Shown here: piece by piece, positions 10,024-19,404 of the stretch
How the letters are laid out: each line of letters begins with the position of its first letter
Position numbering within the stretch: the stretch's first letter is position 1
Assembly (NCBI GenBank): GCA_023250195.1
Contig: JAHFBF010000004.1
Span: 5,675-69,674, forward strand
From: Candidatus Melainabacteria bacterium
Lineage (GTDB): Bacteria > Cyanobacteriota > Vampirovibrionia > 2-02-FULL-35-15
Direction of reading: 5' to 3'
DNA length: 64,000 nt
The notes under the pieces: model-generated
Databases searched by the model: none
What the model was told of the DNA's origin: nothing
The model's input: the letters and a program-made list of their open reading frames with translations, nothing else
Translations under genes and position numbers: made by a program

Positions 10024-10320
10024 ATGAATTTTTTATTTCATATCATTTTGCTAATTATGCTTTGCATGGTACTTAATCCTGTGTTTGCAAATGATCCGGA
10101 TGCTCCTGATATAAATGTGGAAGATAATGCTTTAAGCTCTGATGAACAAAATGATGAAATAACTGATGATGAAGACCAGGACAAAGAATCTTCTTTTAAA
10201 GAGAGAAAAAAACATAAGAAGAAAAAAGAAAAGAAAGTAAATCATGCAAGTCTAAGACCAGGACAGGATAGCGATAAAGATATTATTTTAGAGCTAGATG
10301 AAAAACTAATTGACAATTAA
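10024..10320 (+). CDS. secreted acidic/lysine-rich low-complexity protein
   Basis: A signal peptide, then DPDAPDINVEDNALSSDEQNDEITDDEDQDKE...KKHKKKKEKK. The RBS is weak. Confidence 0.35.
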   Translation: MNFLFHIILLIMLCMVLNPVFANDPDAPDINVEDNALSSDEQNDEITDDEDQDKESSFKERKKHKKKKEKKVNHASLRPGQDSDKDIILELDEKLIDN

Positions 10321-10352
10321 AGAATTTTTATAATTCTCAACTATCAATTTTA

Positions 10353-11042
10353 TTAGTCTCTATTCCTGCTTCCAAATAAAATCATTGCCCAGCGAATAAT
10401 TTCAATCAAGCTAAACAGCGCAGCTGCAATATAGGTAAAAGCACATGCCTGTAAAATTTTCTTTGCATTTTCTTTCTCATCTGAAGAAATATAACCAGAG
10501 CCCTCCAGCACTGGTACAGCGCGGGCAAAGCTTGCATCAAGCTCAACAGGTAACGTTATTACCTGAAAAAAGAAAATACCAATGTACATAAACAACCCAA
10601 TCATTGCTGTTAATTTCCAGATTGGACTTGCTAAAAATGCAGTAAGCATTATGCTAAACATAAGCAACATTGGACCAAACTGACAAATTTGAATAACTGG
10701 AGCAACTGCAGTTCTCAATCTCATAAACCCATAATTTTCAGCATCCTGAATAGCATGACCACATTCATGTGCAGCAACAGTTACTGCAGCAAGTGATGTT
10801 CCATTATAAAAATTTTCAGATAATCTTACTGACTTACTCTGTGGATCATAATGGTCACCTTGACTTGTCGCTTCAACGGTAACTGCATTAAGTCCGTGTC
10901 TGTTTAATATTTCCTTTGCAATTTCTGCACCGGTTCTTCCAATTGAGGAAGGTTCATTTGAATATTTATTTAAGATACTTCTAACCCATAGTTGAGGAAG
11001 AATTATTAAAGCTATTCCAGTTATCCATAATAATGTCAGCAT
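10353..11042 (-). CDS. membrane zinc metallopeptidase (YugP-like, PF04298-type)
   Basis: HExxH motif AAHECGHAIQ, TM segments at both ends, and overall YugP-like architecture. Confidence 0.65.
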   Translation of the reverse strand: MLTLLWITGIALIILPQLWVRSILNKYSNEPSSIGRTGAEIAKEILNRHGLNAVTVEATSQGDHYDPQSKSVRLSENFYNGTSLAAVTVAAHECGHAIQDAENYGFMRLRTAVAPVIQICQFGPMLLMFSIMLTAFLASPIWKLTAMIGLFMYIGIFFFQVITLPVELDASFARAVPVLEGSGYISSDEKENAKKILQACAFTYIAAALFSLIEIIRWAMILFGSRNRD

Positions 11043-11082
11043 TTTTGTGAACCTCCATAGTTATATTATACGCAATAACATG

Positions 11083-12036
11083 TCATTCAAACCTGTCCCC
11101 AATTTTTATTCTGGCCCCATTCACCCAATCTTTAGCATTAATGATTTCTTTGTTTTCTGATTGTAATTTGTATATGTTTATGAAATCGTCACTTGTTTTT
11201 ACCTTTAGAGAATTAGAAATTTCTACAATCGTTCCGGGAGGAATATTTTGTGAATTCGCCACAGTAGAGTCGTTGCATGCAACGACTCTACTATCCCAAA
11301 TCTTTATTACCTTCCCATTGAAATGTGTAAACGCTGAAGGCCATGGCTGCAGTCCGCGAATTTGATTGTGAATTTTTTCTGAATTTTGATTCCAGTCTAT
11401 CAATCCAAGTTCTTTTTTTAACATTGGTGCTTTTGTTGCTTTTGAGTTGTCCTGTGGAATAAATTTTGCTTTTTTATCTCTTACAAGTTCAAGTGCTTTA
11501 ATAAGAGCACCTGCTCCAAGTAGACTTAAATTTTTTGACAGATCGATTGAAGTTTCATTTTCATCTATATTATATTTTTCCTGAAGAATTACAGGGCCTG
11601 AATCTAAACCAAGTTCTGTTTTCATAATTGATATGCCTGTTTCTTTTTCACCATTTAAAATTGCCCAGTTGATTGGAGCTGCCCCCCTGTATTTTGGTAA
11701 AAGAGATGCATGAACATTAATAGCTCCATCCGGAGTAATATTTAAGATTTCTTCGGATAATATTTGTCCAAATGCACAAGTTATTAAAACATCCGGCTTT
11801 AGTTCTTTTATTTTTTGTATAACTTCTGATTCTTTTGAAATTCTCCTGCACTGCAAAATTGGTAAGCTCTTTTGAAGCGCTAATTTTTTTATTGGTGGCT
11901 CCTGTACTTTTTTCCCACGACCAGCTTCTTTGTCAGTTTGAGTACAGATAGCAAGCACCTGAACCCATGGGGTTTTTAATAAAGTTTCTAACGGAGCAAC
12001 TGCAAACTCTGGTGTACCTAAAAAAATTGTTTTCAT
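11083..12036 (-). CDS. fmt: methionyl-tRNA formyltransferase
   Basis: MKTIFLGTPEFAVAPLETLL N-terminus, formyltransferase core HASLLPKYRGAAPINWAI, and a C-terminal Fmt domain. Confidence 0.9.
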   Translation of the reverse strand: MKTIFLGTPEFAVAPLETLLKTPWVQVLAICTQTDKEAGRGKKVQEPPIKKLALQKSLPILQCRRISKESEVIQKIKELKPDVLITCAFGQILSEEILNITPDGAINVHASLLPKYRGAAPINWAILNGEKETGISIMKTELGLDSGPVILQEKYNIDENETSIDLSKNLSLLGAGALIKALELVRDKKAKFIPQDNSKATKAPMLKKELGLIDWNQNSEKIHNQIRGLQPWPSAFTHFNGKVIKIWDSRVVACNDSTVANSQNIPPGTIVEISNSLKVKTSDDFINIYKLQSENKEIINAKDWVNGARIKIGDRFE

Positions 12037-12252
12037 TTCAAATTCCTTAACCCAAGGTCTTAATTATAGATTTACTTATCACAATGTGCAAACTTTGAAG
12101 AAATGTTAACAAAAGAGAAGGTTAAATATTATTTTTTCATAAATTTACTTATTTAAAATGCCCTCCTACAAAGATAATAAGTACTAATTAGACAAGCGGA
12201 AACAATTTCAGAAATCAATATATTTTTGGAGATTTAATAAGCATTTAAAATT

Positions 12253-13332
12253 ATGTCACCATCTACAGCTATTGGTTCAGGGATAAGAGGAGCTCCTCCC
12301 GGGACTTCAAATGGCCTTGTATCACAAAGAGATAATTTCAAAGAAGGAGAAGTTCTTCATAAACCCCTTCAGAAATTTTTTAAAGAGGTAAATGGAGCAC
12401 CGCTTAAAGTTACAAAAGCTGTTTGGGGACTGACTCCTATCATTCAGGCAATTGGACTTGTAAATGAAAGTGCCGGGAAATTAGCAAGGGCTTTTTATGG
12501 TGTTTGCTGGGCAATTGTTTACTCATGTTACAGACCATGGGCTGATGACAGACATTCATTGCCTGAACATGGCGGGTTAGAAAAAATTCCAGAAGGTTAT
12601 AGGACTCTTTATAATGCAAATGAACATTTCAGAGTAGGGATGGGAACCGCTGTCAGCGCTGTATATGGAGGCGGTGCACTTGGAATGCTGTATTCATGGT
12701 TTAAAGGTGATGATGATCTTTTTGATAAATCTGCCAATGTCTATCAGATGGGGATGCTTAATCAAAACCAGGTATTTGCTTCTATGAATTTTACAGAAGT
12801 TCTAAGAAGAAAATTTATCCATCCTGATCATTTGAAAGACTTTGAAAAAAGTGATAAAAACGCAAAAGCAAAAGTAGAAAAAATTGACTCTTATTTATTT
12901 ATTCCAAGTATTATTACAAGAGGTCTGGATACATGCAGATTATTTGGAGCAGAGTTTGGTGAAAACACTCAGAAGATTATAAATGTTTTCTCATATGCAG
13001 GTTATGGTACGTGGGCAACAAGGTTTGGATTACTTAAACAAACTGAAGACAAAGGTGTTAAAGGGGTTTTACTAGATGAACCAAATCCGGATTTACAGGG
13101 CAGTGTAAAAAAAGCTGATGATATTCTTTATAACACTCAAAAATACGGAGCAAAAGTTTTTCATACAGTTTTACCAGGACTTTCATGGTTATCAGCAGGG
13201 GCAGAATTATTTGGATTTAGAGAATTTGCAGAAAAATCATTCAAACTGGAAGGAATACTTGAGAGATTAAATCCTGCAATTGCCTCATGGTGTGTTAGAA
13301 ATACATGGATAAGATTGTTTGAGAAGAAATGA
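12253..13332 (+). CDS. hypothetical soluble protein
   Basis: 359-aa ORF with no signal peptide and no recognisable motif. It is followed by a perfect hairpin. Confidence 0.45.
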   Translation: MSPSTAIGSGIRGAPPGTSNGLVSQRDNFKEGEVLHKPLQKFFKEVNGAPLKVTKAVWGLTPIIQAIGLVNESAGKLARAFYGVCWAIVYSCYRPWADDRHSLPEHGGLEKIPEGYRTLYNANEHFRVGMGTAVSAVYGGGALGMLYSWFKGDDDLFDKSANVYQMGMLNQNQVFASMNFTEVLRRKFIHPDHLKDFEKSDKNAKAKVEKIDSYLFIPSIITRGLDTCRLFGAEFGENTQKIINVFSYAGYGTWATRFGLLKQTEDKGVKGVLLDEPNPDLQGSVKKADDILYNTQKYGAKVFHTVLPGLSWLSAGAELFGFREFAEKSFKLEGILERLNPAIASWCVRNTWIRLFEKK

Positions 13333-13337
13333 TAATT

Positions 13338-13370
13338 GTAGTAGAGACGAGGTAACCTCGTCTCTACTAC
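13338..13370. repeat. perfect palindrome GTAGTAGAGACGAGGTAACCTCGTCTCTACTAC (terminator-like hairpin; a copy of the small palindromic element)
   Basis: 15-bp stem, 2-nt loop, no T-tract. The 19-bp core agacgaggtaacctcgtct recurs inside the CDS at 14942-14968. Confidence 0.6.
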
Positions 13371-13420
13371 AGACCGTTGTATAATGTTTTTAAATGATCA
13401 ATCAATCTGGATATTAAACT

Positions 13421-14446
13421 GTGATAAAAAAAGAAATAGAAGAGATAATAAATAAAACAAATATAACAAAACCAGAAGATATTGATATTGAGATTTTAAA
13501 AAAGAGAGATTTTAAGTGGAGTAGAAAAAGTCTTCTATCCACCAGAGATTTACTAAAAGAAGAAATTGATCTTATTGTTACGAGTGCAAAGTCTTTTTCT
13601 GAAATTCTTGCAAGATCTGTTAAAAAAGTACCTACGCTTCGGGGCAAAGTAATAATTAATTTGTTTTATGAAAACAGTACAAGAACAAGATCCAGCTTTG
13701 AACTTGCAGGAAAATATTTATCTGGAGATGTGACAAATTTTTCTGTTTCTACTTCATCAGTAAAAAAAGGCGAAACTCTTCAGGATACTGCTCAGACACT
13801 TATACAAATGGGTGCAGATGCAGTAATTATCAGACATCAGCACTCAGGAATTCCATTTCAGCTTGCAAAATTAATGCCTGACAACATCTCACTGATAAAC
13901 GCCGGTGACGGAACAAACGAACATCCTACACAGGCTCTTTTAGATTTATACACAATAAAAGAAGTTTTAGATAATTTAAGCGGAAGAAAAATCGTAATTG
14001 TCGGGGATATTTTACACAGTAGAGTAGCCAGATCAAATATATGGCTTTTACAAAAAATGGGAATGGATATTCATGTGTGTGGTCCATCAACCCTTCTGCC
14101 AAAAAGTTTTGCAGATTATGGTGTAAAAGTCCACTGGAATTTAAAAGATGCTATTAAGGATGCAGACATAGTAATGGTGCTCAGGCTGCAGATAGAAAGA
14201 CAGACTAAAGGTTTAATTCCATCACTTGATGAATATCACAGATTGTTTGGACTTGATCATGAAAAGATAAAATTAGCCAGCAAGAACGTCAAGCTTTTAC
14301 ATCCTGGACCAATGAATAGAGGAGTAGAAATTACTTCAGAGCTTGCAGATGATGAGAACTATTCTTTAATTAACAAACAGGTTTCAAACGGGGTATCAAT
14401 CAGAATGGCTCTTTTATATCTGTTAATATTTGCGGCAGGGAGATAA
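13421..14446 (+). CDS. pyrB: aspartate carbamoyltransferase catalytic subunit
   Basis: STRTRSSFE, HPTQALLD and HPGP motifs. GTG start with an N-terminal extension of about 25 aa. Confidence 0.9.
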   Translation: MIKKEIEEIINKTNITKPEDIDIEILKKRDFKWSRKSLLSTRDLLKEEIDLIVTSAKSFSEILARSVKKVPTLRGKVIINLFYENSTRTRSSFELAGKYLSGDVTNFSVSTSSVKKGETLQDTAQTLIQMGADAVIIRHQHSGIPFQLAKLMPDNISLINAGDGTNEHPTQALLDLYTIKEVLDNLSGRKIVIVGDILHSRVARSNIWLLQKMGMDIHVCGPSTLLPKSFADYGVKVHWNLKDAIKDADIVMVLRLQIERQTKGLIPSLDEYHRLFGLDHEKIKLASKNVKLLHPGPMNRGVEITSELADDENYSLINKQVSNGVSIRMALLYLLIFAAGR

Positions 14447-16011
14447 TGTCTACTTACGAATCCTACGCTGAATACTACCACGATCAAACCAAATACACTC
14501 CTGAAGGTATTGCATCAAATCAGCACAGGCTGGACTTTGACAAACAGCCGACTCCATTTAAAGAATATAGAAATAAAAAAATAATTGATGTCTCTCATCT
14601 CTTGCCAATTGAAAGAAATCCTTTTTCAGATGTTGGGATAAAAAATCCAACCGAATTTAGTGATCTGGAAAAATCCTTAGCTGAATTATCCAAGATTTTA
14701 TATTTTTCAAACGGAATCACGGCAATGATACCGTATAATGAAACACCATTTTATATGCGTGCAAACCCATCTGCAGGCGGACTTTATCCCACGGAGATTT
14801 ATGTTTTAGCCAATGGCTATAAAGGGCTTGAAGACGGTCTTTATAACTATCAGGTCTTGAAGCAGGGACTTGCATTAATCCAAAAAGGTGATTTAAAGAA
14901 AAAATTAATTGAAGCTACGTTTGATCACCCGGTACTTGCTGGTAAAGACGAGGTAACCTCGTCTTTACAATTAATTTTGACAGGAGTATTCTTCAGGAGT
15001 TCCTGGAGATATCAAGACAGAGCTTATAGAAGGATTTGTCTGGATACAGGACATATTTTAGGGAATATTGATTTGCTTAGTTTCCCAAGTAATTTTAAAG
15101 CAGTTTTAATTGGTGGGTTTAATGACAAACTGGTAAATGAGATTTTATGTCTTGAAGAAGACGAAGAACAAGCGCTTGCAGTTATTGCATTAATCGATAA
15201 AAATATCGGAGGGAATTGTCGCGACAATTCCCTGCACCCAGCGGCATTGCCTTCAAAGCTTGATAATCACGATATCAAAACTCCTGAGGGAGGAAGGCTT
15301 TTACAACTTCACAACAGATCAAAGATAGAAAACTTTGTAAAAGTACCGAATATAGCGCTTGTAGATATTGAAGAAAAATTTAAGTTCTCTTCAAAAGTAC
15401 CGCTTGAAGAAAAAATACATGAACATAGATGGCATGAAACACTCTTACCAACAATTTTAAAGCGCAGATCTACCAGAGCTTTTTCAGGTGAGCCTCTTAC
15501 AAAAGAGGAGCTAAATGCAATTTTAGATTTTACATATCATCCGGAATCGTTTTATGCTGATGGACTAGATCCAGATCCAATGTATTTTGACCTTTCATTA
15601 ATTGAAACTTTTATAGCAGTAAATGATGTAGATGGGCTTGAAGAAGGCTGTTATTATTATTCAAAAAAAGGCAGATATTTAAGACAGGTCAGATTTAAAA
15701 ATTTTAGAGAGGAAGTTTACTACTTATGTTTAGGTCAGGAACTTGGATATAAAGCAAGTGCTGTAATTTTTCATACGTGTGATTTACCAAAGTCAATATT
15801 TAAATATGGAGAAAGAGCCTATCGTTATATACACATGGATGCAGGACATCTTGGTCAGAGGATTAACCTTGCAGCAATTAATTTAAGCCTTGGGGTAAGC
15901 GGAATAGGTGGATTTTTTGATGATAATGTAAATGAAATTTTAGGAATTCCTGAAGATGAAGCAGTTGTTTATATAACCACTCTGGGGATACCAGCAAAGC
16001 CCTCCAGTTAA
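14446..16011 (+). CDS. SagB/ThcOx-type tandem nitroreductase-domain oxidoreductase
   Basis: The N-terminus YHDQTKYTPEG...LDFDKQPTPFKEY is characteristic of the SagB-type dehydrogenase family. There are two nitroreductase-like halves. The start ATG overlaps the pyrB stop (ATAATG). Confidence 0.55.
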   Translation: MSTYESYAEYYHDQTKYTPEGIASNQHRLDFDKQPTPFKEYRNKKIIDVSHLLPIERNPFSDVGIKNPTEFSDLEKSLAELSKILYFSNGITAMIPYNETPFYMRANPSAGGLYPTEIYVLANGYKGLEDGLYNYQVLKQGLALIQKGDLKKKLIEATFDHPVLAGKDEVTSSLQLILTGVFFRSSWRYQDRAYRRICLDTGHILGNIDLLSFPSNFKAVLIGGFNDKLVNEILCLEEDEEQALAVIALIDKNIGGNCRDNSLHPAALPSKLDNHDIKTPEGGRLLQLHNRSKIENFVKVPNIALVDIEEKFKFSSKVPLEEKIHEHRWHETLLPTILKRRSTRAFSGEPLTKEELNAILDFTYHPESFYADGLDPDPMYFDLSLIETFIAVNDVDGLEEGCYYYSKKGRYLRQVRFKNFREEVYYLCLGQELGYKASAVIFHTCDLPKSIFKYGERAYRYIHMDAGHLGQRINLAAINLSLGVSGIGGFFDDNVNEILGIPEDEAVVYITTLGIPAKPSS

Positions 16012-16082
16012 AATGCTAAGACAAAATAATAGACTATTCGTAATTTATCGGTTATAGTATTTCTTCATAGAAGATAAAATCT

Positions 16083-17495
16083 ATGGAAACATTAGCAAAA
16101 AAATCAAAACCTGAAATCAGCAAATCAAAATTTGAAACTTTTATGAGGCCCATACCATATCTGCCACATACAAATGAAGATCGCAGACAAATGCTTGATT
16201 TTCTTGGCATTAATTCAATGGATGATTTGCTAAAAAGCATCCCTAAAGAATTGAGGGATTTTGAACTTAATCTACCAAACGGGAAATCAGAAATTGAAAT
16301 TACTGAAGAGTTTCGTAAACTTTCCAATAAAAATGTATCTCTAACAGAACAGATCTCATTCTGTGGTGGAGGTGTATACCACCGGTACATTCCAAGTGTT
16401 GTCGGAGAAATACTTTCAAAAGGTGAGTTTTATACAGCTTATACACCTTATCAGCCTGAAGTTAGTCAGGGGACTTTACAGGCTATATATGAATTTCAAA
16501 GTTTAATTTGTAATCTTACCGGAATGGATGCAGCAAATGCTTCTGTATATGATGGTTCAACTGCTGTTATCGAAGCTGCACTAATGTCCTGTAGAATAAC
16601 AAAAAGGAAGAAAATTCTTGTAGCAAAAAACATTAATCCTGAAGCCCTCCAAGTTTGCAGAACATACTCGTGGGGCTTAAATCTTGAATTGAAGTTTGTT
16701 GATTTTAATAATGGAGTTGTTGATTTGGAAAAATTAAAATCACAGGTAGATGAAGAAACCGCATGTCTTGTAATTTCATATCCTAACTTTGCAGGTTGTA
16801 TTGAACCAGTTTCCAAAATTGCTGAGATTGTTCACAACAAAGGTGCTTTACTTGTATCTAATATCGAGCTTATAAGTCTGGCAATATTAAAATCCCCAAG
16901 AGATTTAGGTATAGATATAGCTGTAGGAGATGGACAAGCGTTAGGAAATTTTTCTAATTATGGAGGACCTCATGTAGGTTTTATAAGTTGTTTAAAAGAT
17001 CTGGTCAGGCAATTACCTGGAAGAATTGTTGGGCTTACAAAGGATGTTGAGGGAAAAAGAGCATTTACCCTGACTTTACAAACCCGAGAACAACACATAA
17101 GACGTGAACATGCTACAAGTAATATTTGTACGAATCAATCCCTTAATGCTTTGGCTGTATTGGTTTATCTGGCATATATGGGACCGCATGGTTTAAAGAG
17201 GGTAGCTGAAATCTCATTAAATCGAGCTCATTATTTAGCTGAAAAGCTTACTAAAAATATTAAAAACTGCAAACTTGCATTTAATACGCCGTTCTTTAAT
17301 GAATTTGTGCTTGAAATACCCATAAATACATCAAAGTTAATAGATGCTTTATCAAAAGAAAATATACTGCCGGGGCTTGACTTAAATGGAATTGATGGAT
17401 ATAAAACAAACCAGGTACTTATATCGGTTACTGAGATGAATAGTATGGAACAAGTAGATTATTTTGTAGAGAGATTAAAAAAATTATTTTTATAG
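16083..17495 (+). CDS. gcvPA: glycine dehydrogenase (decarboxylating) subunit 1 (P-protein N-terminal subunit)
   Basis: IPYLPHTNEDRRQMLDFLGINSMDDLL...IPKELR N-terminus and a PLP-fold core. About 470 aa, typical of the split P-protein. Confidence 0.85.
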   Translation: METLAKKSKPEISKSKFETFMRPIPYLPHTNEDRRQMLDFLGINSMDDLLKSIPKELRDFELNLPNGKSEIEITEEFRKLSNKNVSLTEQISFCGGGVYHRYIPSVVGEILSKGEFYTAYTPYQPEVSQGTLQAIYEFQSLICNLTGMDAANASVYDGSTAVIEAALMSCRITKRKKILVAKNINPEALQVCRTYSWGLNLELKFVDFNNGVVDLEKLKSQVDEETACLVISYPNFAGCIEPVSKIAEIVHNKGALLVSNIELISLAILKSPRDLGIDIAVGDGQALGNFSNYGGPHVGFISCLKDLVRQLPGRIVGLTKDVEGKRAFTLTLQTREQHIRREHATSNICTNQSLNALAVLVYLAYMGPHGLKRVAEISLNRAHYLAEKLTKNIKNCKLAFNTPFFNEFVLEIPINTSKLIDALSKENILPGLDLNGIDGYKTNQVLISVTEMNSMEQVDYFVERLKKLFL

Positions 17496-17506
17496 TGGAG
17501 GATTAA

Positions 17507-17713
17507 ATGGGGATAAGCAAAACAAATATTGTGGATATAGCATCTGACTGGTCTCTTGAATCAGGTGAATTAAAAAATGCAATTGGTCGTGCACTTATGG
17601 CAATTAGCGATGCGATAGATTCTATGGAAGCACAGAATGATGATGACATAGTGGATGGGCTGGAAGAAATTGCAAGTGAATTGTTTGAGTTAGTGGAAGA
17701 GCAGGAAGAGTAA
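17507..17713 (+). CDS. small acidic hypothetical protein (68 aa)
   Basis: Strong RBS agtggaggattaaATG. Very acidic C-terminus. The last 17 nt are duplicated after the adjacent repeat. Confidence 0.45.
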   Translation: MGISKTNIVDIASDWSLESGELKNAIGRALMAISDAIDSMEAQNDDDIVDGLEEIASELFELVEEQEE

Positions 17714-17823
17714 GTTATAGTAAGGATTCTAAGCGAGGATTTTCATAACCGAAAATCCGAGTGCGTAAGATAAGACTCTAATAGCTAAGGAATCTGTGTA
17801 GCAGTTCCGAAGCATTATAAATA
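17714..17823. repeat. family-A MITE-like element flanked by a 17-bp direct duplication (AAGAGCAGGAAGAGTAA)
   Basis: The direct repeat lies at 17697-17713 and 17824-17840. The intervening 110 bp matches the 5080-5130 repeat unit (gcagttccgaagcattataaat). Confidence 0.6.
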
Positions 17824-17842
17824 AAGAGCAGGAAGAGTAAAT

Positions 17843-18421
17843 TTAAATTGGTTTCTTATTTGCCAGTCTTGTCAGCAGAATCATTCCAATTAAATTATTT
17901 ACAAAGTGTGCTGTAATAGGCAGCCACAGAGAATTTGATAGAAAGAAAAGATATGCAAACACTGCTGCAGAGCCAGTTGCCCATACTGCATAAATCCAGT
18001 ATCTTTTCCCGGGAAAATGTAAAGCACCAAACGCAAGACTGGATAAAATGATTCCAACTTTTGGAAAAATAAGTCCTCTAAAAAACACTTCTTCATTAAA
18101 TCCTGATATAAATGATAATAATACAAGATCTATTAATTTTAAATTTTTAAATGTCGGGGAAAGAACCTGCTCAAACAGCTCAACTGCTTCATAAAATTTT
18201 TTAGTTTTCTTTGCAAAATAATAAAATCCATAACCAGCCAAAGCGAATCCAAGACCTGTTAATAAACCTTCTAATAGAATTAGAAAACTAAAGTTAAAAT
18301 ATTTGGAAACATTGTCCTTTGGAAAAAAGAAAATCCATAATGTTGAGATCAATAATAGTGCTATCTGAGGAGTTATAACCATCCAGAGTGTTTTTTTTCT
18401 TGTAAGTTCAGGTCTATGCAT
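17843..18421 (-). CDS. CPBP-family intramembrane metalloprotease (CAAX protease/Abi family)
   Basis: Motifs GFNEEVFFRGLIF and HFVNN, and multiple TM segments. Confidence 0.7.
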   Translation of the reverse strand: MHRPELTRKKTLWMVITPQIALLLISTLWIFFFPKDNVSKYFNFSFLILLEGLLTGLGFALAGYGFYYFAKKTKKFYEAVELFEQVLSPTFKNLKLIDLVLLSFISGFNEEVFFRGLIFPKVGIILSSLAFGALHFPGKRYWIYAVWATGSAAVFAYLFFLSNSLWLPITAHFVNNLIGMILLTRLANKKPI

Positions 18422-19328
18422 AGAGTATTTTTTTTGGTTTAAGCATGCAGTTCTCTGTTAACAAACCAATACCGATTAATCTATCATTGTTATCCAATAT
18501 TTGTAAGTTTTTGTTTATGCTTGTCATAAAAGAGGATGAAATCTTTATCTCCCGACCATGAACTATCTCAATTATTTGCTCAGAATCTATGGATAATTTT
18601 TCAAGTCCTAATATTTCTTGAGGCAAAATTAAATGCTTAGAGATATTGCTGCTATTTATTAATTCAGGACTTATACTAGTCTCAATTAAAAGTTTATTTC
18701 CAATTTTTATTCTTTCAAGTTTTGATAACATTGCACAGGTATTAAGAATATTTCCAAGATCTCGTGCAATTGATCTTATATATGTACCGCTTGAACAATG
18801 GATTTTCAACTGTAGGTATCGGTCTTGACTAGCACCTACAGTAATTGAATAAATCTCAACTTCACGTTTTTTAAGATCATCAGTTGAAAGTTGGTTTTCA
18901 CGAGCTAATTTATATGCCCTTGTACCATTAATATTTATTGCTGAAAATGCCGGTGGCTTTTGTTTTATTTTCCCGATAAAGTGTTTTAATTTTTCCGTTA
19001 TTTCATTAATTGATGGGATATATTCCGATTTTTTTATAACTTTGCCAGTAATATCATCTGTATCAGTCCCAATTCCAAAGGTAACTTCAGCTAAATAAAC
19101 TTTATCTGAAGGTAAATACTCAAATAACCTTGTAGCATTACCAATACCAATTAATAAAACCCCGGTTGCAAATGGATCAAGTGTACCGCTGTGTCCTATT
19201 TTTTTAATGCCAAGAGATTTGCGCAGCATCGCAACAACGTCATGGGAAGTACAGTCAGCAGGTTTGTTTATGTTTAGGAATCCAAAGAAATCTAGCATAA
19301 AATTTATTATAGTACTTGTCATTCCCAA
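18414..19328 (-). CDS. truB: tRNA pseudouridine(55) synthase
   Basis: GFLNINKPADCTSHDVVAMLRK...GHSGTLDPFATGVLLIGIGNATR. The true start is probably the internal Met at about 19298, because 19318-19396 is a MITE. Confidence 0.9.
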   Translation of the reverse strand: MGMTSTIINFMLDFFGFLNINKPADCTSHDVVAMLRKSLGIKKIGHSGTLDPFATGVLLIGIGNATRLFEYLPSDKVYLAEVTFGIGTDTDDITGKVIKKSEYIPSINEITEKLKHFIGKIKQKPPAFSAININGTRAYKLARENQLSTDDLKKREVEIYSITVGASQDRYLQLKIHCSSGTYIRSIARDLGNILNTCAMLSKLERIKIGNKLLIETSISPELINSSNISKHLILPQEILGLEKLSIDSEQIIEIVHGREIKISSSFMTSINKNLQILDNNDRLIGIGLLTENCMLKPKKILYA

Positions 19329-19396
19329 CTTGATTGGGAATCCAGATTATGAATTAAACGTAACACATACTGGATTCTCGCTTCCGCGGGAATGAC
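19318..19396. repeat. MITE-like repeat family D (GTCATTCCC...GGGAATGAC with sub-hairpins)
   Basis: gtcattcccaacttgattgggaatccag...ctggattctcgcttccgcgggaatgac. Confidence 0.65.
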
Positions 19397-19404
19397 AAGA
19401 AATA

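Noticed and set aside
16012-16082. Glycine riboswitch upstream of gcvPA
   Set aside because: The leader is only about 70 nt and lacks the tandem aptamer conserved cores.
16052-16390. 112-aa minus-strand ORF
   Set aside because: It is fully embedded antisense in the 5' end of gcvPA.
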